From an uncultured bacterium (GTDB lineage: Bacteria > Patescibacteriota > Minisyncoccia > UBA6257 > GWB1-50-10): 64,000 nt of DNA. The stretch's first letter is position 1, and each line of letters begins with the position of its first letter. Shown here piece after piece: positions 17,329 to 25,277 of the stretch. Location of the stretch: assembly GCA_963722655.1 (NCBI GenBank), contig CAVRNT010000001.1:313808-377807 (forward strand). The letters are read 5' to 3'. Both the position numbers and the translations under genes were made by a program. Below the pieces are notes generated by a model, which was given only the letters and a program-made list of their open reading frames with translations, did not search any database and was not told the origin of the DNA.

Positions 17329-17718
17329 ATGAGATCCCACAAAAACAAGATACTTTTGATCGCAATTGCCGTAGCCATCGTGCTGATCATCGGCGCTTTG
17401 TGGTACGCTTCCGCCCCGAAACAGGCGCCGGTCTCGGTGAACGCCTTGGATTCCTTCGCGAAATGCCTTGCGCAAAAAGGCCTAGTGATGTACGGCGCCT
17501 ACTGGTGCCCGCACTGTCAGAACCAGAAAGCGCTCTTCGGCGATTCGTTCCAATACGTGAACTACGTTGAGTGCACGCAGGAGGTTCAAAAATGCACCGC
17601 GGCCGGCATTGAAGGATTCCCAACCTGGATTACCTCCGACGGGCAGAAGCTGGTGGGAGAACAGACCTTGGAAACGCTCTCGCAGGTCAGCGGTTGCGCG
17701 CTGTCGACGACGAACTGA
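17329..17718 (+). CDS. Membrane-anchored thioredoxin-fold protein (CPHC)
   Basis: N-terminal TM; YGAYWCPHC...GFPTW; resembles the Trx domain that partners VKOR. Confidence 0.85.
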   Translation: MRSHKNKILLIAIAVAIVLIIGALWYASAPKQAPVSVNALDSFAKCLAQKGLVMYGAYWCPHCQNQKALFGDSFQYVNYVECTQEVQKCTAAGIEGFPTWITSDGQKLVGEQTLETLSQVSGCALSTTN

Positions 17719-17732
17719 CGAACATAAAGTTT

Positions 17733-17764
17733 GGAAGTTGAACTTCCTAAGGAAGTTCAACTTC
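17733..17764. repeat. REP-like double palindrome, family GGAAGYTSAACTTCC (copy 2)
   Basis: GGAAGTTGAACTTCC-TAA-GGAAGTTCAACTTC. Confidence 0.7.
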
Positions 17765-17791
17765 TTTGTTTTGGCGCTATAATTAAGAGCA

Positions 17792-19087
17792 ATGGGAGGC
17801 AAGATCAAGAACTTCAAGGAACTGGCGACGACGCCGACGCGGGAAGCGGCCCTCAATATCGCCGAGGCGGGGCTTGCGGCCATCGATACCAAGAAGGCGC
17901 TTGCGGAGAGGGTCAAGTTCTCCGGCGGCGCTTTTTCGATTGACGGCGAGAATTTCGACTTGAGCGGCTTCGAGCGAATCTTCGTCGTCGGCGTCGGAAA
18001 GTGCGCCTTGGAGGCCGGCGCAGCGCTCGAGGAGGTCTTGGGCGAAAAACTCTCCGGCGGCATCGTTTTGGACGTCCACCGGGGGAGTTTGAAGAAGATC
18101 ACAGCGTATGCCGGCACTCACCCCTTCCCGACGCAGGCGAACGTCGATGCGACGAGTGCCATCATCCGGCTTCTTTCCTCCCTCACGGCAAAGGACTTCG
18201 TCGTCTTCGTCGTTTCCGGAGGCGGGTCCACTCTCCTTTGCCAACCCCAGAACATGGTTTGCGTCCAAGAAGGGGAGATATTGAAAGCTCTGTTCCAGAA
18301 AGGCGCGACGATTCAGGAGATAAACACGCTCCGCAAACACCTTTCGCTCGCTCGCGGCGGACATCTTGCCGCTTATGCCTACCCCGCCTCATCGATCGCC
18401 CTCATCTTTTCCGACGTCCCCGGTGACGACATCGGTTTCATCGCTTCTGGCCCGACGGTGAAGGATGGGACGACCGTGGATGAAGTGCGGGCGATCGTTC
18501 AGAAATATGACCTCGAAAAGGCGACTGGGTTAAAGATCGATCCGCTCAAGACGCCGAAAGAGGACAAATATTTCGAAAAGGTGAAGAATATCGTCTTCGT
18601 TTCGAATGAGACCGCCCTCGTCGCAATGACCGCGGAGGCGAAAAGGGCCGGCTTGCGACCGGAGGTCAGGACCAGTTTGCTTACCGGCGAGGCCAAGGAA
18701 GTGGGCGCCCGGATCGCCGGGGAGATAAGCGAGGCCTTGCCGGAAGCGGCGTATCTTTACGGCGGCGAGACGACTGTGACGGTCTTGGGCAAGGGTCGCG
18801 GGGGACGGGATCAGGAGTTGGCCTTGGCGGCGCTCGAAAGATTGGCCGGCGACGCGCTCCTCCTCGCGCTCGCCTCGGACGGCCGCGACAACGGGGAATA
18901 TGCCGGCGCGATCTGTGATACAATGACGAAAGAAAAGGCCGCCACGTTCGGCCTCAAGCCGGAGGGGTTTTTATCCCGAAACGGTTCCTCGGAATTTTTC
19001 GAAAAAGTCGGGGGGCTTTTGATGACGGGAGACACCGGATCGAACGTATCGGACCTCGTGATAGCCATTAAGAACAGCCGAGCATAA
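17792..19087 (+). CDS. Glycerate 2-kinase (DUF4147/MOFRL family)
   Basis: VGVGK, GTHPFP, SGGGSTL, SDVPGDD, ASGPT, GGETTV, GGRDQE, SDGRD, TGSNVSD. Confidence 0.9.
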   Translation: MGGKIKNFKELATTPTREAALNIAEAGLAAIDTKKALAERVKFSGGAFSIDGENFDLSGFERIFVVGVGKCALEAGAALEEVLGEKLSGGIVLDVHRGSLKKITAYAGTHPFPTQANVDATSAIIRLLSSLTAKDFVVFVVSGGGSTLLCQPQNMVCVQEGEILKALFQKGATIQEINTLRKHLSLARGGHLAAYAYPASSIALIFSDVPGDDIGFIASGPTVKDGTTVDEVRAIVQKYDLEKATGLKIDPLKTPKEDKYFEKVKNIVFVSNETALVAMTAEAKRAGLRPEVRTSLLTGEAKEVGARIAGEISEALPEAAYLYGGETTVTVLGKGRGGRDQELALAALERLAGDALLLALASDGRDNGEYAGAICDTMTKEKAATFGLKPEGFLSRNGSSEFFEKVGGLLMTGDTGSNVSDLVIAIKNSRA

Positions 19088-21510
19088 TGTCGATAAGATC
19101 AAAAAAATTCGTTCTTTGGTTCAAGGACATCACGATTAAGGACGTGCCCCTCGTCGGCGGCAAGAACGCCTCGACGGGCGAGATGATCAGGTTTTTGGAA
19201 CCGCAGGGCGTGCGGATCCCGAACGGCTTCGTCGTGACGGCCGCCGCCTATTTTTATTTCCTCAAAAAGACCGGCTTGGACAGGTTCATCAAGAAGACGC
19301 TCAAGGGATTGGACGCGAAGAACCTCGGCGAGTTGGCGAAACGCGGCGAAGAGGTGCGGAAGGCCATCCGGGAGGCCAAGATGCCCTACGATCTGAAGCG
19401 CGTCATCGCCGCCTCGTACGCCAAGATGGAGAAGCAGTACGGCCGGAACGCCGACGTGGCCGTCCGTTCCTCGGCGACGGCGGAGGACCTGCCGGGCGCG
19501 AGCTTCGCCGGCGAGCACGAGACCTACCTCCACATTCGGGGAGTCGACGAAATGTTGCGCGCCGTTCAGGCCTCGATGGCCTCGCTCTTCACCGAGCGGG
19601 CGATCTCGTATCGCGCCGACAAAGGTTTCGACCATATGAAAGTGGCCCTTTCGGTCGGCATTCAAAAAATGGTGCGATCGGACCTGGGTTGCTCCGGCGT
19701 GATGTTCACCGTGGACACCGAGTCCGGCTTCCGGGACGTCGTCCTCATCAACGGTTCCTGGGGATTGGGCGAGATGATCGTTCAAGGGGAGGTGACGCCG
19801 GATGAATTTTTGGTTTACAAACCCAATTTGGCTGACGGGAAACTGAGACCGATTATCGACCGGAAGCTGGGGGTGAAGGAACGGAAGATGATCTACTCCG
19901 CGGACCGCGGCATCAAGAACACCAAGATCGTCCCGACGTCCGAACGCGAGCGCGCCTCTTTCGTCTTCTCCGAAAAGGAGGTCTTGGAGCTCGCCCGTTG
20001 GGGAGCGCTTATTGAGAAGCACTATTCGGCCAAGAACAAGAAATGGACGCCGATGGACATGGAGTGGGCCAAGGACGGCCGGACACGCGAGCTTTACATC
20101 GTCCAATCGCGCCCCGAGACGGTCCAAGCGAACCGCGATTTCTCGAAGATCAAGGAGTACGAACGGAAGGGGAACGGCAAACTCGTCACGCAGGGTTTCT
20201 CGGTCGGCTCAAGGATCGCGAGCGGCAAAGCGCGGGTCATTTTGAACGCCAAGGACATCGGCACTTTCAAACCCGGCGAGATCCTCGTGACGGGGATGAC
20301 GAACCCGGATTGGGAGCCGATCATGAAGATCGCCGCGGCGATCGTGACCGACAAAGGCGGGCGCACCTCCCACGCCGCGATCGTTTCCCGCGAGCTGGGC
20401 ATCCCGTGCGTCGTGGGGACGGAGAACGCGACTAGGAAGATCAAGACCGGCGCCGTGCTCACGGTGGACACGACGGGGACGGATGGTCTGGTCTTCGCAG
20501 GTGCTTTGAAGTTCAAGATAGAGGAAAGGGACGTGCGGAAGTTGCCGAAGCCGAAGGTGAAGGTGATGGTGAACATCGCAACGCCGGACTCGGCTTTCGA
20601 AAAGTCATTTTTGCCCGTGAAAGGCGTCGGCCTCGCCCGCGAGGAGTTCATCATCGCCGGCGCGATTGGCGTCCATCCGATGGCCCTCATCAACTTTGAC
20701 AAGCTGAAGGACAAGAAGCTGAAGGGCGAGATCGAGCGGAAGATGATCGGCTGGAAAAGCCCGACGCAGTTCTACGTGGACAAGCTCGCTTACGGCATCG
20801 CGAAGATCGCCGCGGCCTTCCATCCTTACGACGTTATCGTGCGTTTCTCCGATTTCAAAACGAACGAGTATCGGACCCTTTTGGGCGGGGAGCTTTACGA
20901 GCCCAATGAGGAGAACCCGATGATCGGCTGGCGTGGCGCCTCGCGGTATTACAATCCGAAGTTCGCCCCGGCCTTCGTCTTGGAAGTGAAGGCGATGAAA
21001 AAGGTTCGCGATGAGATGGGGCTCAAGAACGTTGTGCCGATGATACCTTTCTGCCGCACCGCGGATGAGGGGAAGAAGGTGGTGGAAATAATGGCGAAGA
21101 ACGGTCTGAAGAGACAAAAAACGACCCCTCGCTCCGCTCGGGGTGACAAAAATCTAAGGATCTTTGTCATGTGCGAGATACCGTCGAACGTAATCCTGGC
21201 CGGCAAGTTCTTGGATGTCTTCGACGGGATGAGCATCGGCTCCAACGACCTGACCCAGCTCACGGTCGGCATCGACCGCGACGGGAACGATATGATCCGT
21301 GGCATCACGAACGAGAACGACGAGGCGGTCAAAACCTTGATCCGGGAGGTCATCAAGGCCTGCAAGAGGAGGAAGAAGTACATCGGCATCTGCGGCCAGG
21401 CGCCGTCGGATTATCCGGATTTCGCCGCCTTTCTCTCCAAAGAGGGGATAGAAAGTATGTCCCTGAACCCCGATACCGTGATCAAAACCATCCTCAAGAT
21501 AGCGCGGTAG
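19087..21510 (+). CDS. ppsA: Phosphoenolpyruvate synthase
   Basis: VGGKNAS, VAVRSSATAEDLP, GGRTSHAAIVSRE (phospho-His), EENPMIGWRGASRY, SIGSNDLTQ. Confidence 0.96.
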   Translation: MSIRSKKFVLWFKDITIKDVPLVGGKNASTGEMIRFLEPQGVRIPNGFVVTAAAYFYFLKKTGLDRFIKKTLKGLDAKNLGELAKRGEEVRKAIREAKMPYDLKRVIAASYAKMEKQYGRNADVAVRSSATAEDLPGASFAGEHETYLHIRGVDEMLRAVQASMASLFTERAISYRADKGFDHMKVALSVGIQKMVRSDLGCSGVMFTVDTESGFRDVVLINGSWGLGEMIVQGEVTPDEFLVYKPNLADGKLRPIIDRKLGVKERKMIYSADRGIKNTKIVPTSERERASFVFSEKEVLELARWGALIEKHYSAKNKKWTPMDMEWAKDGRTRELYIVQSRPETVQANRDFSKIKEYERKGNGKLVTQGFSVGSRIASGKARVILNAKDIGTFKPGEILVTGMTNPDWEPIMKIAAAIVTDKGGRTSHAAIVSRELGIPCVVGTENATRKIKTGAVLTVDTTGTDGLVFAGALKFKIEERDVRKLPKPKVKVMVNIATPDSAFEKSFLPVKGVGLAREEFIIAGAIGVHPMALINFDKLKDKKLKGEIERKMIGWKSPTQFYVDKLAYGIAKIAAAFHPYDVIVRFSDFKTNEYRTLLGGELYEPNEENPMIGWRGASRYYNPKFAPAFVLEVKAMKKVRDEMGLKNVVPMIPFCRTADEGKKVVEIMAKNGLKRQKTTPRSARGDKNLRIFVMCEIPSNVILAGKFLDVFDGMSIGSNDLTQLTVGIDRDGNDMIRGITNENDEAVKTLIREVIKACKRRKKYIGICGQAPSDYPDFAAFLSKEGIESMSLNPDTVIKTILKIAR
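21123..21147 (+). repeat. Short palindromic element inside ppsA (CCCYTCG...GCTCRGGG family)
   Basis: GACCCCTCGCTCCGCTCGGGGTGAC encoding TPRSARGD; related copies at 35303 and 42351. Confidence 0.6.
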
Positions 21511-21591
21511 GTTTTGGGATGGGCCGATCGACACCGCCTGGCCGGCGGTGCTATTATTTTAAGCGGTAGGAAATTAACATAAGGAGGTGTT

Positions 21592-21903
21592 ATGCGACGA
21601 GCCGATTTCGATATCGATGAACTGATAAAATTGGTTGAAAATCCCGCCGCCGAAAAGAGATGTCTTTTCGTGAGGTCCCTCGGCTTTATTTACAGCGAAG
21701 GGGCGGGCGCCGAGAAAACGAAAGCCCGCCGTAAACTGATCGAATTGCTGGCTGACGGCGATGAAAGCGTGCGCTATCCGGCCTACTGGTCTCTCCGGGA
21801 TGTGGCCAGTGATGCGGACAATGTAGCTGAAGTCGAAGCGGCGCTCAAGGCGTTCGAATCGAGGCCCCAGAACGCTGCGTTCGTGTCGGGTAAGCGTGGA
21901 TGA
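21592..21903 (+). CDS. Small HEAT-repeat-like hypothetical protein
   Basis: TAAGGAGG SD; LIELLADGDESVRYPAYWSL; hairpin at 21929-21962 downstream. Confidence 0.7.
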   Translation: MRRADFDIDELIKLVENPAAEKRCLFVRSLGFIYSEGAGAEKTKARRKLIELLADGDESVRYPAYWSLRDVASDADNVAEVEAALKAFESRPQNAAFVSGKRG

Positions 21904-21986
21904 TGACTGTATGGAAGAAGTGGGTTCAGGACCGACCGTCGATCAATGCCGATGGCCGGTCCTTATTTTATGTTAAAATGGATTTT

Positions 21987-22187
21987 ATGAAGAGGGATTA
22001 TATACCCTTGATCGTAGTGGTGCTTCTAATCGTTGCAGTGTTCGTTGTGCGGTTCGGGGTCGGTGGCAATGAGGACACGTGGTTGTGCGAAGGCGGCCTT
22101 TGGGTGAAACACGGCCATCCGGCATCGCCGATGCCCTCGACCGCCTGCGGTAGGTCCGTTCCCACGACCCTACAGTTCAGCAAATGA
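21987..22187 (+). CDS. Small single-TM protein with W-x-C-xx-G-x-W-x-KHG-x-P motif
   Basis: TM followed by GNEDTWLCEGGLWVKHGHPASPMPSTAC; TG-TAAAAT 7 nt upstream. Confidence 0.7.
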   Translation: MKRDYIPLIVVVLLIVAVFVVRFGVGGNEDTWLCEGGLWVKHGHPASPMPSTACGRSVPTTLQFSK

Positions 22188-22271
22188 TTTCAATGGCCCT
22201 CGTCTTGAGGGCTTCCCCTTTTCCCCTAAATGGTAAGATAAGAGTGAAAGGTCGGAACATCGATTTTTTCT

Positions 22272-22553
22272 ATGGCAAAGACAGTAATTCGCCGCGACGG
22301 TTCCAAAGAGCCGTTCGATGAGGGGAAGATCCGAAGGGCGATTGAGGCTTCGGCCCGCGAGGCGGGATTGCCGCCGGAGCGGATCACGGCCGTCGTGAAC
22401 CAGGTCAGCAATGTCGTCCTGGCCTTTGCGGCGCCCAAGGAAGAGGTTTCGACGCTCGACATTCGCGCCAAGACCCTTTCGCTCCTGGACGAGGTCGAGC
22501 CGGCGGTCTCCGCGGCTTGGCGGCGGTTCGACAAGGCCCGCGGCCGGGCGTAG
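22272..22553 (+). CDS. Stand-alone ATP-cone domain protein
   Basis: VIRRDGSKEPFDEGKIRRAI...VSTLDI. Confidence 0.85.
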   Translation: MAKTVIRRDGSKEPFDEGKIRRAIEASAREAGLPPERITAVVNQVSNVVLAFAAPKEEVSTLDIRAKTLSLLDEVEPAVSAAWRRFDKARGRA

Positions 22554-22609
22554 GTCGCGCTCCACTTGGCGCCGCATTCCACGGCGGATTTTTGATGTAT
22601 AATTGAAAT

Positions 22610-23620
22610 ATGAAGATAGGTTTTTTCGAAGTGGAGGGCTGGGAGGAACCGATCGTGCGCCAGGCGCTCGTCGGTCACGAACTTTATTTCAGCAAGGAGA
22701 AGATAGAAGAAGACCATCTCCCGGCGCAGAAGGATTTTGAAATCATCTCCATTTTCGTGGATTCCAGGATCACAGCGAAGGTTTTGGAGGCCTTCCCGAA
22801 TTTGAAGCTGATCACGACCAATTCCACCGGCTTCGAGCACATCGACGTCGCCGCCTGCAAGACGAATGGCGTGCGCGTGACCTACGTGCCCGGCTACGGC
22901 AACAACACCGTCGCCGAATTCGCTTTCGGTCTCATTTTGAACCTGACGCGCCACATCTATCAGGCGATCGACAATTTGAAGGAACGCGATTCCTTCTCGC
23001 TTGAAGGGCTGCGGGGCATCGACATCAAGGGGCGGACGATCGGCGTCATCGGCACGGGCCGCATCGGCAAAGAGGTCGTGAAGATCGCGAAGGGCTTCGG
23101 GATGAATGTCGTGGCCTACGACCCGTATCCGGACACCACCGCCGCGTCCTCGCTCAGCTTCACCTATCTGCCACTCAAAGACCTCTTGCCCCAATCCGAC
23201 GTCGTTACGCTCCATTGCCCTTTGAACGACGGGACGCGCCACATTTTGAACATGGACAACATCGGTCTCATCAAAAAGGGCGCCTATCTCGTGAACACCG
23301 CCCGGGGCGGCCTCGTTGAGACCGGCGCTTTGGTCTGGGCCCTCGAGAACAATATCCTCGCCGGCGCCGGTTTGGACGTTTTGGAGGAAGAGGGCGAAAC
23401 CAAGGACGAGATGAAATTCCTCGGCGAAGCGAACCCCCACGAGGAGGTATTGCGGAATGTCCTCGCGAACCACGTCCTGATGAAGATGCCGAACGTCCTC
23501 ATCACGCCGCACACCGCCTTCAACTCCGAAGAGGCCTTGAAGCGCATCTTGGGCACGACCTTGGAGAACATCGGCGGATTTTTGAGCAATAATTTGAACC
23601 CGAAGAACACTTTGGCATGA
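22610..23620 (+). CDS. D-isomer 2-hydroxyacid dehydrogenase (D-lactate dehydrogenase-like)
   Basis: STGFEHID, VAEFA, GTGRIG, LHCPL, NTARG, LDVLEEE, ITPHTAF. Confidence 0.9.
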   Translation: MKIGFFEVEGWEEPIVRQALVGHELYFSKEKIEEDHLPAQKDFEIISIFVDSRITAKVLEAFPNLKLITTNSTGFEHIDVAACKTNGVRVTYVPGYGNNTVAEFAFGLILNLTRHIYQAIDNLKERDSFSLEGLRGIDIKGRTIGVIGTGRIGKEVVKIAKGFGMNVVAYDPYPDTTAASSLSFTYLPLKDLLPQSDVVTLHCPLNDGTRHILNMDNIGLIKKGAYLVNTARGGLVETGALVWALENNILAGAGLDVLEEEGETKDEMKFLGEANPHEEVLRNVLANHVLMKMPNVLITPHTAFNSEEALKRILGTTLENIGGFLSNNLNPKNTLA

Positions 23621-24828
23621 GGATAAAGGACGTCGTCGTCCGGGAGATCCTGGACACGCGGGGGGAGAAAACGATCGAGGTGGCCGTCGCTGACGAGGAC
23701 CTGCGCTCTTTTTACGCGCAGATTCCTTCGGGCAAGAGCCGCGGCAAGAACGAAGCGGCGGTCCTCACGCCCGCCGCGGCGGAAGCGGCGGCGGCGAAGA
23801 TAGAACGGGCCGTTCAAGGCCTTGACTTCGATACCATTGAGGCGCTTGACCGAAAGCTCATTGAGCTGGACGGCACGCCGGACAAAAAGAACTTGGGCGG
23901 GAACGTCCTTCTGGGCGTATCCCTGGCTTTCGCCCGCGCCCTGGCCTTCGAAAGGAAGGAGGAGCTTTGGCAGACATTTAACAAAGAGTTCTTCGGCGGT
24001 GAGAAGTTCGCGACTCGGCCGCTCATATTTTCCAATCTCGTGAACGGCGGCAAGCACGCCAAGGACAATCTGCCCATTCAGGAGTATATGGTCATCATCG
24101 CGCCGCGCGGCTCATACGTCAAAGGCGTCGGGAAGCTGATGAAATTCTACGAGGTCTTGGGCGAGATCCTTCGCCGCAAGACCGGTGAGGAAGAACTGCC
24201 TTTGGGCGACGAGGGCGGTTACGCCGTGGATTTCGACGAGGCCTTCGATCCGATCCAAACGATGCAGGATCTCATCGCCGAGCACAGCTTGGGCGGTGAG
24301 TTCAAGTTGGGACTGGACGCCGCGGCGAGCGGTTTTTACGGAAACGGGACTTACGACTTCGGGGGACTGAAACTGGATGCGGGAACATTGCGGAAGACCT
24401 ATGCGGACTGGTTCTCTTGGGCGCCGGACCTTATGTCCATCGAAGACCCGTTCGATGAGGAGAGCGCCGCCGATTTCGCCTCTTTGCGGCAAGACCTCGG
24501 CGGTTTCGCCGAGGAGAAGTGGGTGGTGGGGGACGACCTCACGGTCACGAGCGAGGCGCTCATCAAAAAGTACGCCGCTTCGGGCGCGATAAACGCCGTT
24601 ATCATCAAAGCTAACCAAGTCGGGACCTTGACCGAGACCTGTCGGGCGATGAAAGCGGCGGCGGCGCTCGGCGTGAAGCGCATCGTCTCGCACCGGTCGG
24701 GGGAGACGGAGGACAACTTCCTCATCCATATCGCCAAGGCCGGCGGCGCCGAGGGCGTGAAGATCGGCGCGCCCCACGAAAGCCGCATCGGCAAGTTCAA
24801 CGAACTTCTGCGGCTCTATCCCGACTAG
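23617..24828 (+). CDS. eno: Enolase
   Basis: REILDTRG, NGGKHA, GDEGG, LDAAAS, IEDP, VGDDL, IKANQVG, SHRSGETED. Confidence 0.93.
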   Translation: MRIKDVVVREILDTRGEKTIEVAVADEDLRSFYAQIPSGKSRGKNEAAVLTPAAAEAAAAKIERAVQGLDFDTIEALDRKLIELDGTPDKKNLGGNVLLGVSLAFARALAFERKEELWQTFNKEFFGGEKFATRPLIFSNLVNGGKHAKDNLPIQEYMVIIAPRGSYVKGVGKLMKFYEVLGEILRRKTGEEELPLGDEGGYAVDFDEAFDPIQTMQDLIAEHSLGGEFKLGLDAAASGFYGNGTYDFGGLKLDAGTLRKTYADWFSWAPDLMSIEDPFDEESAADFASLRQDLGGFAEEKWVVGDDLTVTSEALIKKYAASGAINAVIIKANQVGTLTETCRAMKAAAALGVKRIVSHRSGETEDNFLIHIAKAGGAEGVKIGAPHESRIGKFNELLRLYPD

Positions 24829-24834
24829 ATCGAT

Positions 24835-25269
24835 ATGCCCGATAAGCTCAAAAAACTTGCGGTCTTTTTCGTCGTGTTCGGCGTTCTAGGGATCGCCGAC
24901 GCTGGCTATCTGACGTATCTGCATTACGCTTCGGCCTCGCCTTTCTGTTCCGTTTTCAACCACTGCGACATCGTCCTCGCGAGTTCTTACGCCGTGGTCT
25001 TAGGCATACCGGTCGCCCTCATCGGTCTCGTCTATTACTTTTTGATCGCTGGCTTTTCGGCGGCGGCGCTTTTCAGGAATAACGTTTTATTTTTGAAACT
25101 AGCTGGCACTCTCGCGGCGCTCGGCTTTTTGGCCTCGCTCTGGTTCGTTGCCCTTCAGATCTTAGTCTTGAACTCCTTCTGCCTTTATTGTCTCTTTTCG
25201 GCCGCACTTTCTGCGGCGCTTTTCATTTGCGCCTTGATTCTTGCTAAGCGCCCTCGGCCTACCGTATGA
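24835..25269 (+). CDS. Vitamin K epoxide reductase (VKOR) family protein
   Basis: C-x5-C-xx-VL-x-S-x-YA loop, four TMs, CLYC. Confidence 0.9.
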   Translation: MPDKLKKLAVFFVVFGVLGIADAGYLTYLHYASASPFCSVFNHCDIVLASSYAVVLGIPVALIGLVYYFLIAGFSAAALFRNNVLFLKLAGTLAALGFLASLWFVALQILVLNSFCLYCLFSAALSAALFICALILAKRPRPTV

Positions 25270-25277
25270 TAAGGTAG

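Noticed and set aside
21951-21978. TTATGTTAAA resembling the XerD arm of a dif site
   Set aside because: There is no XerC-like arm at the right spacing; it is better explained as an extended -10 box (TG-T-TAAAAT) for the gene at 21987.
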